Source of the DNA: Eledone cirrhosa
Lineage: Eukaryota
Reading direction: 5' to 3'
NCBI GenBank assembly: GCA_964016885.1
Contig: OZ024744.1
Location: 121,148,001 to 121,212,000, forward strand
DNA length: 64,000 nt
Both the position numbers and the translations under genes were made by a program. Shown piece by piece: positions 52,081 to 64,000 of this stretch (position 1 is its first letter; each line of letters starts with the position of its first letter). The notes below the pieces were generated by a model, which worked only from the letters and a program-made list of their open reading frames with translations, did not search any database and had not been told where the DNA came from.

Positions 52081-55000
52081 AAAAGTGACTGGGTGAGAGG
52101 AATAGAGGTAGTGATGGATGTTGTGAAGAGAGATAGTGTGAGATGGTTGGGTCCTGTGTTGAGGAAGGATGAAAGTGACTGGGTGAGAGGAACAGAGGTA
52201 GTGATGGATGTTGTGAAGAGAGATAGTGTGAGATGGTTGGGTCATGTGTTGAGGAAGGATAAAAGTGACTGGGTGAGAGGAATAGAGGTTGTGATGGATG
52301 TTGTGAAGAGAGATAATGTGAGATGGTTGGGTCATGTGTTAAGGAAGGATAAAAGCGACTGGGTGAGAGGAATAGAGGTAGTGATGGATGTTGTGAAGAG
52401 AGATAGTTTGAGATGGTTGGGTCATGTGTTAAGGAAGTATGAATGTGACTGGGTGAGAGGAATAGAGGTAGTTATGGATGTTGTGAAGAGAGATAGTGTG
52501 AGATGGTTGGGTCATGTTCTGAGGAAGGATAAAAGTGACTCGGTGAGAGGAATAGAGGTAGTGATGGATGTTGTGAAGAGAGATAGTGTGAGATGGTTGG
52601 GTCATGTGTTGAGGAGGGATAAAATTGATTGTGTGAGAGGAATAGAGGTAGTGATGGATGTTGTGAAGAGAGATAGAGTGAGATGGTTGGGTCATGTGTT
52701 GAGGAAGGATAAAAGTGAGTGGGTGAGAGGAATAGAGGTAGTGATGTATGTTGTGAAGAGAGATAGTGTGAGATGGTTGGGTCATGTGTTGAGGAGGGAT
52801 AAAATTGATTGGGTGAGAGGAATAGAGGTAGTGATGGATGTTGTGAAGAGAGATAGTGTGAGATGGTTGGGTCATGTGTTGAGGAAGGATAAAAGTGAGT
52901 GGGTGAGAGGAATAGAGGTAGTGATGGATGTTGTGAAGAGAGATAGTGTGAGATGGTTGGGTCATGTGTTGAGGACGGTTGAATGTGAATGGGTGAGAGG
53001 AACAGAGGTAGTGATGGATGTTGCGAAGAGAGATAGTGTGAGATGGTTGGGTCATGTGTTGAGGAAGGTTAAAGTGACTGGGTGAGAGGAATAGAGGTAG
53101 TGATGGATGTTGCGAAGAGAGATAGTGTGAGATGGTTGGGTCATGTGTTGAGGAAGTATGAAAGTGACTGGGTGAGAGGAATAGAGGTAGTGATAGATGT
53201 TGTGAAGACAGATAGTGTGAGATGGTTGGGTCATGTGTTGAGGAAGGATGAAAGTGACTGGGTGAGAGGAATAGAGGTAGTGATGGATGTTGTGAAGAGA
53301 GATAGTGTGAGATGGTTGGGTCATGTGTTGAGGAAGTATGAAAGTGACTGGGTGAGCGAATAGAGGTAGTGATGGATGTTGTGAAGAGAGATAGTGTGAG
53401 ATGGTTGGGTCATGTGTTGAGGAGGGATAAAATTGATTGTGTGAGAGGAATAGAGGTAGTGATGGATGTTGTGAAGAGAGATAGTGTGAGATGGTTGGGT
53501 CATGTGTTGAGGAAGGATTAAAGTGACTGGGTGAGAGGAATAGAGGTAGTGATGGATGTTGTGAAGAGAGATAGTGTGAGATGGTTGGGTCATGTGTTGA
53601 GGAAGGTTAAAAGTGACTGGGTGAGTGGAATAGATGTAGTGATGGATGTTGTGAAGAGAGATAGTGTGGGACGTTTGGGTCATGTGTTGAGGAAGTATGA
53701 AAGTGACTGGGTGAGAGGAATCAGCGGTAGTGATGGATGTTGTGAAGAGAGATAGTGTGAGATGGTTGGGTCATGTGTTGAGGAAGGATAAAAGTGACTG
53801 TGTGAGAAGAATAGAGGTTTTGATGGATGTTGTGAAGAGAGATAGTGTGTGATGGTTGGGTCATGTGTTGAGGAAGGATAAAAGTGACTGGGTGAGAGGA
53901 ATAGAGGTAGTGATGGATATTGCGAAGAGAGATAGTGTGAGATGGTTGGGTCATGTGTTGAGGAAGGATAAAAGTGACTGGGTGAGAGGAATAGAGGTTT
54001 TGATGTATGTTGTGAAGAGAGATAGTGTGAGATGGTTAGCTCATTTGTTGAGGAAGGATAAAAGTAACTGGGTGAGAGGAATAGAGGTTGTGATGGATGT
54101 TGTGAAGAGAGATAGTGTGAGATGGTTGGGTCATGTGTTGAGGAAGTATGAAAGTAACTGGGGTGAGAGGAATAGAGGTAGTGATGGATGTTGTGAAGAG
54201 AGATAGTGTGAGATGGTTGGGTCATATGTTGAGGAAGGATAAAAGTGACTGGGTGGGAGGAATAGTGGTAGTGATGGATGTTGTAAAGGGAGATAGTGTG
54301 AGATGATTGGGTCATGTTTTGAGGAAGTATGAAAGTGACTGGGTGAGAGGAATAGAGGTAGAGATGGATGTTGTGAAGAGAGATAGAGTGAGATGGTTGG
54401 GTCATGTGTTGAGGAAGTATGAAAATGACTGGGTGAGGGAATAGAGGTAGTGATGGATGTTGTGAAGAGAGATAGTGTGAGATGGTTGGGTCATGTGTTG
54501 AGGAGGGATAAAATTGATTGGGTGAGAGGAATAGGGGTAGTGATGGATGTTGTGAAGAGAGATAGTGTGAGATGGTTGGGTCATGTGTTGAGGAGGGATA
54601 AAATTGATTGTGTGAGAGGAATAGAGATAGTGATGGATGTTGTGAAGAGAGATAGTGTGGGACGGTGGGTCATGTGTTGAGGAAGTATGAAAGTGACTGG
54701 GTGAGAGGAATAGAGGTAGTGATGGATGTTGTGAAGAGAGGTAGTGTGGGACGGTGGGTCATGTGTTGAGGAAGTATGAAAGTGACTGGGTGAGAGGAAT
54801 CACAGGTAGTGATGGATGTTGTGAAGAGAGATAGTGTGAGATGGTTGGGTCATGTGTTGAGGAAGGATAAAATTAGTGGGTGAGAGGAATAGAGGTAGTG
54901 ATGGATGTTGTGAAGAGAGATAGTGTGAGATGGTTGGGTCATGTGTTGAGGAAGGTTGAATGTGAATGGGTGAGAGGAACAGAGGTAGTGATGGATGTTG

Positions 55001-55929
55001 CGAAGAGAGATAGTGTGAGATGGTTGGGTCATGTGTTGAGGAAGGATAAAAGTGACTGGGTGAGAGGAATAGAGGTTTTGATGGATGTTGTGAAGAGAGA
55101 TAGTGTGAGATGGTTGGGTCATATGTTGAGGAAGGATAAAAGTGACTGGGTGAGAGGAATAGAGGTAGTGATGGATGTTGCGAAGAGAGATAGTGTGAGA
55201 TGGTTGGGTCATGTGTTGAGGAAGTATGAAAGTGACTGGGTGAGAGGAATAGAGGTAGTGATAGATGTTGTGAAGACAGATAGTGTGAGATGGTTGGGTC
55301 ATGTGTTGAGGAAGGATGAAAGTGACTGGGTGAGAGGAATAGAGGTAGAGATGGATGTTGTGAAGAGAGATAGTTTGAGAGGTTGGGTCATGTGTTGAGG
55401 AAGTATGAAAGTGACTGGGTGAGAGGAATAGAGGTAGAGATGGATGTTGTGAAGAGAGATAGTGTGAGATGGTTGTGTCATGTGTTGAGGAAGGATAAAA
55501 CTGACTGGGTGAGAGGAATAGTGGTAGTGATGGATGTTGTAAAGGGAGATAGTGTGAGATGGTTGGGTCATGTGTTGAGGAAGTATGAAAGTGACTGGGT
55601 GAGAGGAATAGAAGTAGTGATAGATGTTGTGAAGAGAGATAGTGTGAGATGGTTGGGTCATGTGTTGAGGAAGTATGAAAGTGACTGGGTGAGAGGAATA
55701 GAGGTAGAGATGGATGTTGTGAAGAGAGATAGTGTGAGATGGTTGGGTCATGTGTTGAGGAAGTATGAAAGTGACTGGGTGAGCGAATAGAGGTAGTGAT
55801 GGATGTTGTGAAGAGAGATAGTGTGAGATGGTTGGGTCATGTGTTGATGAGGGATAAAATTGATTGGGTGAGAGGAATAGAGGTAGTGATGGATGTTGTG
55901 AAGAGAGGTAGTGTGAGATGGTTGGGTCA

Positions 55930-58900
55930 TGTGTTAAGGAAGTATGAATGTGACTGGGTGAGAGGAATAGAGGTAGTTATGGATGTTGTGAAGAGAGATA
56001 GTGTGAGATGGTTGGGTCATGTTCTGAGGAAGGATAAAAGTGACTCGGTGAGAGGAATAGAGGTAGTGATGGATGTTGTGAAGAGAGATAGTGTGAGATA
56101 GTTGGGTCATGTGTTGAGGAGGGATAAAATTGATTGTGTGAGAGGAATAGAGGTAGTGATGGATGTTGTGAAGAGAGATAGTGTGAGATGGTTGGGTCAT
56201 GTGTTGAGGAAGGATAAAAGTGAGTGGGTGAGAGGAATAGAGGTAGTGATGGATGTTGTGAAGAGAGATAGTGTGAGATGGTTGGGTCATGTGTTGAGGA
56301 GGGATAAAATTGATTGGGTGAGAGGAATAGAGGTAGTGATGGATGTTGTGAAGAGAGATAGTGTGAGATGGTTGGGTCATGTGTTGAGGAAGGATAAAAG
56401 TGAGTGGGTGAGAGGAATAGAGGTAGTGATGGATGTTGTGAAGAGAGATAGTGTGAGATGGTTGGGTCATGTGTTGAGGACGGTTGAATGTGAATGGGTG
56501 AGAGGAACAGAGGTAGTGATGGATGTTGCGAAGAGAGATAGTGTGAGATGGTTGGGTCATGTGTTGAGGAAGGTTAAAGTGACTGGGTGAGAGGAATAGA
56601 GGTAGTGATGGATGTTGCGAAGAGAGACAGTGTGAGATGGTTGGGTCATGTTTTGAGGAAGTATGAAAGTGACTGGGTGAGAGGAATAGAGGTAGTTATA
56701 GATGTTGTGAAGACAGATAGTGTGAGATGGTTGGGTCATGTGTTGAGGAAGGATGAAAGTGACTGGTTGAGAGGAATAGAGGTAGAGATGGATGTTGTGA
56801 GGAGAGATAGTGTGAGATGGTTGGGTCATGTGTTGAGGAAGTATGAAAGTGACTGGGTGAGAGGAATAGAGGTAGAGATGGATGTTGTGAAGAGAGATAG
56901 TGTGAGATGGTTGGGTCATGTGTTGAGGAAGGATAAAACTGTCTGGGTGAGAGGAATAGTGGTAGTGATGGATGTTGTGAAGAGAGATAGTGTGAGATGG
57001 TTGGGTCATGTGTTGAGGAAGTATGAAAGTGACTGGGTGAGCGAATAGAGGTAGTGATGGATGTTGTGAAGAGAGATAGTGTGAGATGGTTGGGTCATGT
57101 GTTGAGGAGGGATAAAATTGATTGGGTGAGAGGAATTGAGGTAGTGATGGATGTTGTGAAGAGAGATAGTGTGAGATGTTTGGGTCATGTGTTGAGGAAG
57201 GATTAAAGTGACTTGGTGAGAGGAATAGAGGTAGTGATGGATGTTGTGAAGAGAGATAGTGTGAGATGGTTGGGTCATGTGTTGAGGAAGGATAAAATTG
57301 ACTGGGTGAGAGGAATAGTGGTAGAGATGGATGTTGTAAAGGGAGATAGTGTGAGATGGTTGGGTCATGTGTTGAGGAAGTATAAAAGTGTCTGGGTGAG
57401 AGGAGTAGAGGTAGTGATGGATGTTGTGAAGAGAGATAGTGTGAGATGGTTGGGTCCTGTGTTGAGGAAGGATGAAAGTGACTGGGTGAGATGGTTGGGT
57501 CCTGTGTTGAGGAAGGATGAAAGTGACTAGGTGAGAGGAACAGAGGTAGTGATGGATGTTGTGAAGAGAGATTGTGTGAGATGGTTGGGTGATGTGTTGA
57601 GGAAGGTTAAAAGTGACTGGGTGAGTGGAATAGAGGTAGTGATGGATGTTGTGAAGAGAGATAGCGTGGGACGGTTGGGTCATGTGTTGAGGAAGTATGA
57701 AAGTGACTGGGTGAGAGGAATCAGAGGTAGTGATGGATGTTGTGAAGAGAGATAGTGTGAGATGGTTGGGTCATGTGTTGAGGAAGGATAAAAGTTACTG
57801 GGTGAGAGGAATAGAGGTAGTGATGGATGTTGTGAAGAGAGATAGTGTGAGATGGTTGGGTCATGTGTTGAGTAAGGATAAAAGTGACTGGGTGAGAGGA
57901 ATAGAGGTAGTGATGGATGTTGTGAAGAGAGATAGTGTGAGATGGTTGGGTCATGTGTTGAGGAAGGATAAAAGTGAGTGGGTGAGAGGAATAGAGGTAG
58001 TGATGGATGTTGGGAAGAGAGATAGTGTGAGATGGTTGGGTCATGTGTTGAGGAAGGTTGAATGTGAATGGGTGAGAGGAACAGAGGTAGTTATGGATGT
58101 TGCGAAGAGAGATAGTGTGAGATGGTTGGGTCATGTGTTGAGGAAGGATAAAATGACTGTGTGAGAGGAATAGAGGTTTTGATGGATGTTGTGAAGAGAG
58201 ATAGTGTGAGATGGTTGGGTCATGTGTTGAGGAAGTATGAAAATGACTGGGTGAGGGAATAGAGGTAGTGATGGATGTTGTCAAGAGAGATAGTGTGAGA
58301 TGGTTGGGTCATGTGTTGAGGAGGGATAAAATTGATTGGGTGAGAGGAATAGAGGTAGTGATGGATGTTGTGAAGTGAGATAGTGTGAGATGGTTGGGTC
58401 ATGTGTTGAGGAAGGATAAAAGTGAGTGGGTGAGAGGAATAGAGATATTGATGGATGTTGTGAAGAGAGATAGAGTGAGATGGTTGGGTCATATGTTGAG
58501 GAAGGATAAAAATGAGTGGGTGAGAGGAATAGAGGTAGTGATAGATGTTGTGAAGAGAGATAGTGTGAGATGGTTGGGTCATGTGTTGAGAAAGTTTGAA
58601 AGTGACTGGGTGAGCGAATAGAGGTAGTGATGGATGTTGTGAAGAGAGATAGTGTGAGATGGTTGGGTCATGTGTTGAGGAGGGATAAAATTGATTGGGT
58701 GAGAGGAATAGAGGTAGTGATGGATGTTGTGAAGAGAGATAGTGTGAGATGGTTGGGTCATGTGTTGAGGAAGGATTAAAGTGACTGGGTGAGAGGAATA
58801 GAGGTAGTGATGGATGTTGTGAAGAGAGATAGTGTGAGATGGTTGGTTCATGTGTTGAGGAAGGTTAAAAGTGACTGGGCAAGTGGAATAGATGTAGTGA

Positions 58901-60300
58901 TGGATGTTGTGAAGAGAGATAGTGTGGGACATTTGGGTCATGTGTTGAGGAAGTATGAAAGTGACTGGGTGAGAGGAATCAGAGGTAGTGATGGATGTTG
59001 TGAAGAGAGATAGTGTGAGATGGTTGGGTCATGTGTTGAGGAAGGATAAAAGTGACTGTGTGAGAAGAATAGAGGTTTTGATGGATGTTGTGAAGAGAGA
59101 TAGCGTGTGATGGTTGGGTCATGTGTTGAGGAAGGATAAAAGTGACTGGGTGAGAGGAATAGAGGTTTTGATGTATGTTGTGAAGAGAGATAGTGTGAGA
59201 TGGTTAGCTCATTTGTTGAGGAAGGATAAAAGTAACTGGGTGAGAGGAATAGAGGTTGTGATGGATGTTGTGAAGAGAGATAGTGTGAGATGGTTGGGTC
59301 ATGTGTTGAGGAAGTATGAAAGTAACTGGGGTGAGAGGAATAGAGGTAGTGATGGATGTTGTGAAGAGAGATAGTGTGAGATGGTTGGGTCATATGTTGA
59401 GGAAGGATAAAAGTGACTGGGTGGGAGGAATAGTGGTAGTGATGGATGTTGTAAAGGGAGATAGTGTGAGATGATTGGGTCATGTGTTGAGGAAGTATGA
59501 AAGTGACTGGGTGAGAGGAATAGAGGTAGAGATGGATGTTGTGAAGAGAGATAGAGTGAGATGGTTGGGTCATGTGTTGAGGAAGTATGAAAATGACTGG
59601 GTGAGGGAATAGAGGTAGTGATGGATGTTGTGAAGAGAGATAGTGTGAGATGGTTGGGTCATGTGTTGAGGAGGGATAAAATTGATTGGGTGAGAGGAAT
59701 AGAGGTAGTGATAGATGTTGTGAAAAGAGATAGTGTGAGATGGTTGGGTCATGTGTTGAGGAAGGATAAAAGTGAGTGGGTGAGAGGAATAGAGGTAGTG
59801 ATGGATGTTGTGAAGAGAGATAGTGTGAGATGGTTGGGTCATGTGTTGAGGAGGAATAAAATTGATTGGGTGAGAGGAATAGAGGTAGTGATGGATGTTG
59901 TGAAGAGAGATAGTGTGAGATGGTTGGGTCATGTGTTGAGGAAGGATAAAAGTGAGTGGGTGAGAGGAATAGAGGTAGTGATGGATGTTGTGAAGAGAGA
60001 TAGTGTGAGATGGTTGGGTCATGTGTTGAGGAAGGTTGAATGTGAATGGGTGAGAGGAACAGAGGTAGTGATGGATGTTGCGAAGAGAGATAGTGTGAGA
60101 TGGTTGGGTCATGTGTTGAGGAAGGATAAAAGTGACTGGGTGAGAGGAATAGAGGTTTTGATGGATGTTGTGAAGAGAGATAGTGTGAGATGGTTGGGTC
60201 ATATGTTGAGGAAGGATAAAAGTGACTGGGTGAGAGGAATAGAGGTAGTGATGGATGTTGCGAAGAGAGATAGTGTGAGATGGTTGGGTCATGTGTTGAG
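55930..60300 (+). repeat. More diverged long-range copy of the ~33.4-38.1 kb block (offset ~22.5 kb)
   Basis: Pairs 33411/55934, 34034/56557, 34483/57006 and 35198/57721 are all offset by 22523. Later pairs shift by whole monomers (36685/58938, 37407/59570). Confidence 0.85.
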
Positions 60301-63300
60301 GAAGTATGAAAGTGACTGGGTGAGAGGAATAGAGGTAGAGATGGATGTTGTGAAGAGAGATAGTGTGAGATGGTTGGGTCATGTGTTGAGGAAGGATAAA
60401 ACTGACTGGGTGAGAGGAATAGTGGTAGTGATGGATGTTGTAAAGGGAGATAGTGTGAGATGGTTGGGTCATGTGTTGAGGAAGTATGAAAGTGACTGGG
60501 TGAGAGGAATAGAAGTAGTGATAGATGTTGTGAAGAGAGATAGTGTGAGATGGTTGGGTCATGTGTTGAGGAAGTATGAAATGACTGGGTGAGAGGAATA
60601 GAGGTAGAGATGGATGTTGTGAAGAGAGATAGTGTGAGATTGTTGGGTCATGTGTTGAGGAAGTATGAAAGTGACTGGGTGAGCGAATAGAGGTAGTGAT
60701 GGATGTTGTGAAGAGAGATAGTGTGAGATGGTTGGGTCATGTGTTGATGAGGGATAAAATTGATTGGGTGAGAGGAATAGAGGTAGTGATGGATGTTGTG
60801 AAGAGAGATAGTGTGAGATGGTTGGGTCATGTGTTGAGGAAGGATAAAAGTGACTGGGTGAGAGGAATAGTGGTAGAGATGGATGTTGTAAAGGGAGATA
60901 GTGTGAGATGGTTGGGTCATGTGTTGAGGAAGTATAAAAGTGACTGGGTGAGAGGAATAGAGGTAGTGATGGATGTTGTGAAGAGAGATAGTGTGAGATG
61001 GTTGGGTCATGTGTTGAGGAAAGTTAAAAGTGACTCGGTGAGTGGAATAGAGGTAGTGATGGATGTTGTGAGGAGAGATAGCGTGGGACGGTTGGGTCAT
61101 GTGTTGAGGAAGTATGAAAGTGACTGGGTGAGAGGAATCAGAGGTAGTGATGGATGTTGTGAAGAGAGATAGTGTGAGATGGTTGGGTCATGTGTTGAGG
61201 AAGGATAAAAGTTACTGGGTGAGAGGAATAGAGGTAGTGATGGATGTTGTGAAGAGAGATAGTGTGAGATGGTTGGGTCATGTGTTGAGTAAGGATAAAA
61301 GTGACTGGGTGAGAGGAATAGAGGTAGTGATGGATGTTGTGAAGAGAGATAGTGTGAGATGGTTGGGTCATGTGTTGAGGAGGGATAAAAGTGAGTGGGT
61401 GAGAGGAATAGAGGTAGTGATGGATGTTGGGAAAAGAGATAGTGTGAGATGGTTGGGTCATGTGTTGAGGAAGGATAAAAGTAACTGGGTGAGTGGAATA
61501 GAGGTAGTGATGGATGTTGCGAAGAGAGATAGTGTGAGATGGTTGGGTCATGTGTTGAGGAAGTATGAAAGTGACTGGGTGAGAGGAATAGAGGTAGAGA
61601 TGCATGTTGTGAAGAGAGATAGAGTGAGATGGTTGGGTCATGTGTTGAGGAAGTATGAAAGTGACTGGGTGAGAGAAATAGAGGTAGTGATGGATGTTGT
61701 GAAGAGATATAGTGTGAGATGGTTGGGTCATGTGTTGAGGAACGATAAAAGTGAGTGGGTGAGAGGAATAGTGGTATTGATGGATGTTGTGAAGAGAGAT
61801 AGAGTGAGATGGTTGGGTCATGTGTTGAGGAAGGATAAAAGTGACTGGGTGAGAGGAATAGAGGTAGAGATGGATGTTGTGAAGAGAGATAGTGTGAGAT
61901 GGTTGGGTCATGTGTTGAGGAAGTATGAAAGTGACTGGGTGAGAGGAATAGAGGTAGTGATAGATGTTGTGAAGACAGATTGTGTGAGATGGTTGGGTCA
62001 TGTGTTGAGGAAGGATAAAAGTGACTGGGTGAGAGGAATATAGGTAGAGATAGATGTTGTGAAGAGAGATAGTGTGAGATGGTTGAGTCATGTGTTGAGG
62101 AAGGATAAAAGTGACTGGGTGAGAGGAATAGTGGTAGTGATGGATGTTGTAAAGGGAGATAGTGTGAGATGGTTGGGTCATGTGTTGAGGAAGTATGAAA
62201 GTGACTGGGTGAGAGGAATAGAGGTAGTGATGGATGTTGTGAAGAGAGATAGTGTGAGATGGTTGGGTCATATGTTGAGGAAGGATAAAAGTGACTGGGT
62301 GAGAGGAATAGGGGTAGTGATGGATGTTGTGAAGAGAGATAGTGTGAGATGGTTGGGTCATGTGTTGAGGAGGGATAAAATTGATTGTGTGAGAGGAATA
62401 GAGGTAGTGATGGATGTTGTGAAGAGAGATAGTGTGGGACGGTGGGTCATGTGTTGAGGAAGTATGAAAGTGACTGGGTGAGAGGAATAGAGGTAGTGAT
62501 GGATGTTGTGAAGAGAGGTAGTGTGGGACGGTGGGTCATGTGTTGAGGAAGTATGAAAGTGACTGGGTGAGAGGAATCACAGGTAGTGATGGATGTTGTG
62601 AAGAGAGATAGTGTGAGATGGTTGGGTCATGTGTTGAGGAAGGATAAAAGTGACTGGGTAAGAGGAATAGATGTAGTGATGGATGTCGTGAAGAGAGATA
62701 GTGTGAGATGGTTGGGTCATGTGTTGAGGAAGGATACAAGTGAGTGGGAGAGAGGAATAGAGGTAGTGATAGATGTTGTGAAGAGAGATAGTGTGAGATG
62801 GTTGGGTCATGTGTTGAGGAAGTATGAAAGTGACTGGGTGAGAGGAATAGAGGTAGAGATGGATGTTGTGAAGAGAGATAGTGTGAGATGGTTGGGTCAT
62901 GTGTTGAGGAAGGATAAAAGTGACTGGGTGAGAGGAATAGAGGTAGTGATGGATGTTGTGAAGAGACATAGTGTGAGATGGTTGGTTCATATGTTGAGGA
63001 AGGATAAAAGTGAGTGGGTGAGAGGAATAGAGGTAGTGATAGATGTTGTGAAGAGAGATAGTGTGAGATGGTTGGGTCATGTGTTGAGGAAGTATGAAAG
63101 TGACTGGGTGAGAGGAATAGTGGTAGAGATGGATGTTGTGAAGAGAGATAGTGTGAGATGGTTGGGTCATGTGTTGAGGAAGTATGAAGGTGACTGGGTG
63201 AGCGAATAGAGGTAGTGATGGATGTTGTGAAGAGAGATAGTGTGAGATGGTTGGGTCATGTGTTGAGGAGGGATAAAATTGATTGGGTGAGAGGAATAGA

Positions 63301-64000
63301 GGTCGTGATGGATGTTGTGAAGAGAGATAGTGTGAGATGGTTGGGTCATGTGTTGAGGAAGGATTAAAGTGACTGGGTGAGAGGAATAGAGGTAGTGATG
63401 GATGTTGTGAAGAGAGATAGTGTGAGATGGTTGGGTCATGTGTTGAGGAAGGTTAAAAGTGACTGGGTGAGTGGAATAGAGGTAGTGATGGATGTTGTGA
63501 AGAGAGATAGTGTGAGATGGTTGGGTCATGTGTTGAGGAAGGATAAAAGTGAGTGGGTGAGAGGAATAGAGGTAGTGATGGATGTTGTGAAGAGAGATAG
63601 TGTGAGATGGTTGGGTCATGTGTTGAGGAAGGTTGAATGTGAATGGGTGAGAGGAACAGAGGTAGTGATGGATGTTGCGAAGAGAGATAGTGTGAGATGG
63701 TTGGGTCATGTGTTGAGGAAGGATAAAAGTGACTGGGTGAGAGGAATAGAGGTTTTGATGGATGTTGTGAAGAGAGATAGTGTGAGATGGTTGGGTCATA
63801 TGTTGAGGAAGGATAAAAGTGACTGGGTGAGAGGAATAGAGGTAGTGATGGATGTTGCGAAGAGAGATAGTGTGAGATGGTTGGGTCATGTGTTGAGGAA
63901 GTATGAAAGTGACTGGGTGAGAGGAATAGAGGTAGAGATGGATGTTGTGAAGAGAGATAGTGTGAGATGGTTGGGTCATGTGTTGAGGAAGGATAAAATT

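Larger units (their letters stand above)
1..64000 (+). repeat. 90-bp tandem satellite array (~710 monomers, head-to-tail, no inversion, runs off both ends of the window)
   Basis: The motif gagatggttgggtcatgtgttgagg recurs every 90 bp (e.g. near 43, 133, 223) to the end of the window. Most monomers differ from consensus by 0-5 substitutions with occasional +1/-1/-2 indels. The ORF track shows a 30-aa periodicity on both strands. Confidence 0.99.

Noticed and set aside
54500-62620. Offset ~7777 between 54.5-54.8 kb and 62.3-62.6 kb, similar to offset 7775 for 7499/15274, as a fixed ~7.8-kb period
   Set aside because: Only about 4 monomers match at that offset and the flanks differ. Offsets are quantised near multiples of 90 or 45, so the similarity is plausibly chance.
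17-63209. + strand ORFs as a giant 30-aa repeat protein gene
   Set aside because: Frameshifting indels (+1, -1, -2) and in-frame stops (gagatga, gagatagttg, gattaa) occur every few hundred bp to ~1.4 kb and are copied with duplicated blocks. Variants are mostly non-synonymous, and there is no unique N- or C-terminus or splice structure.
15-63979. - strand His-rich ORFs as histidine-rich proteins
   Set aside because: They are open for compositional reasons. Minus-strand stops need TTA/CTA/TCA on the + strand, and the consensus monomer has only one (TCA), which leaves two frames open.
1-64000. CRISPR-like repeat-spacer array or diversity cassette library
   Set aside because: There are no unique spacers. 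The variable parts are point variants of one consensus, the repeat is not palindromic, and no cas, recombinase or RT gene is present.
1-64000. Intact or active retrotransposon
   Set aside because: Only one 30-codon fragment is present. There is no endonuclease, no RT catalytic (Y/F)ADD motif, and no UTR, tail or target-site duplication.
1-64000. Canonical telomerase repeats (TTAGG/TTAGGG)
   Set aside because: ttagg occurs only as an isolated variant (e.g. ~2206) and there are no tandem runs.
1-64000. Whole array as a sequencing or assembly artefact
   Set aside because: Complex variants recur identically and in ordered blocks with small private differences, which random error would not produce. 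Individual near-identical duplications still need read validation.

Overview
The whole 64-kb window is one uninterrupted, head-to-tail, single-orientation tandem array of a 90-bp monomer (about 710 copies; consensus GGAATAGAGGTAGTGATGGATGTTGTGAAGAGAGATAGTGTGAGA-TGGTTGGGTCATGTGTTGAGGAAGGATAAAAGTGACTGGGTGAGA). It has no unique sequence, no array edge and no credible gene. All ORFs in the track are read-through of the repeat and are broken by frameshifts and stops. The one open + strand frame of the monomer (GIEVVMDVVKRDSVRWLGHVLRKDKSDWVR) resembles the conserved 'RLRW[FL]GHV.R' segment near the C-terminus of the ORF of RTE-clade non-LTR retrotransposons. The array therefore looks like a eukaryotic satellite amplified from a 30-codon piece of LINE coding sequence; this is recognised by eye and not confirmed by a search. 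The + strand is almost C-free (G38 A27 T23 C2 per monomer, no CpG). Monomer variants reveal nested, irregular higher-order duplications (offsets of about 270, 809, 1528, 1934, 2335, 3508/5036, 5482, 7645, 8134/8224 and 22523 bp), a recurring 45-bp half-monomer duplication and a left-to-right turnover of variant types.
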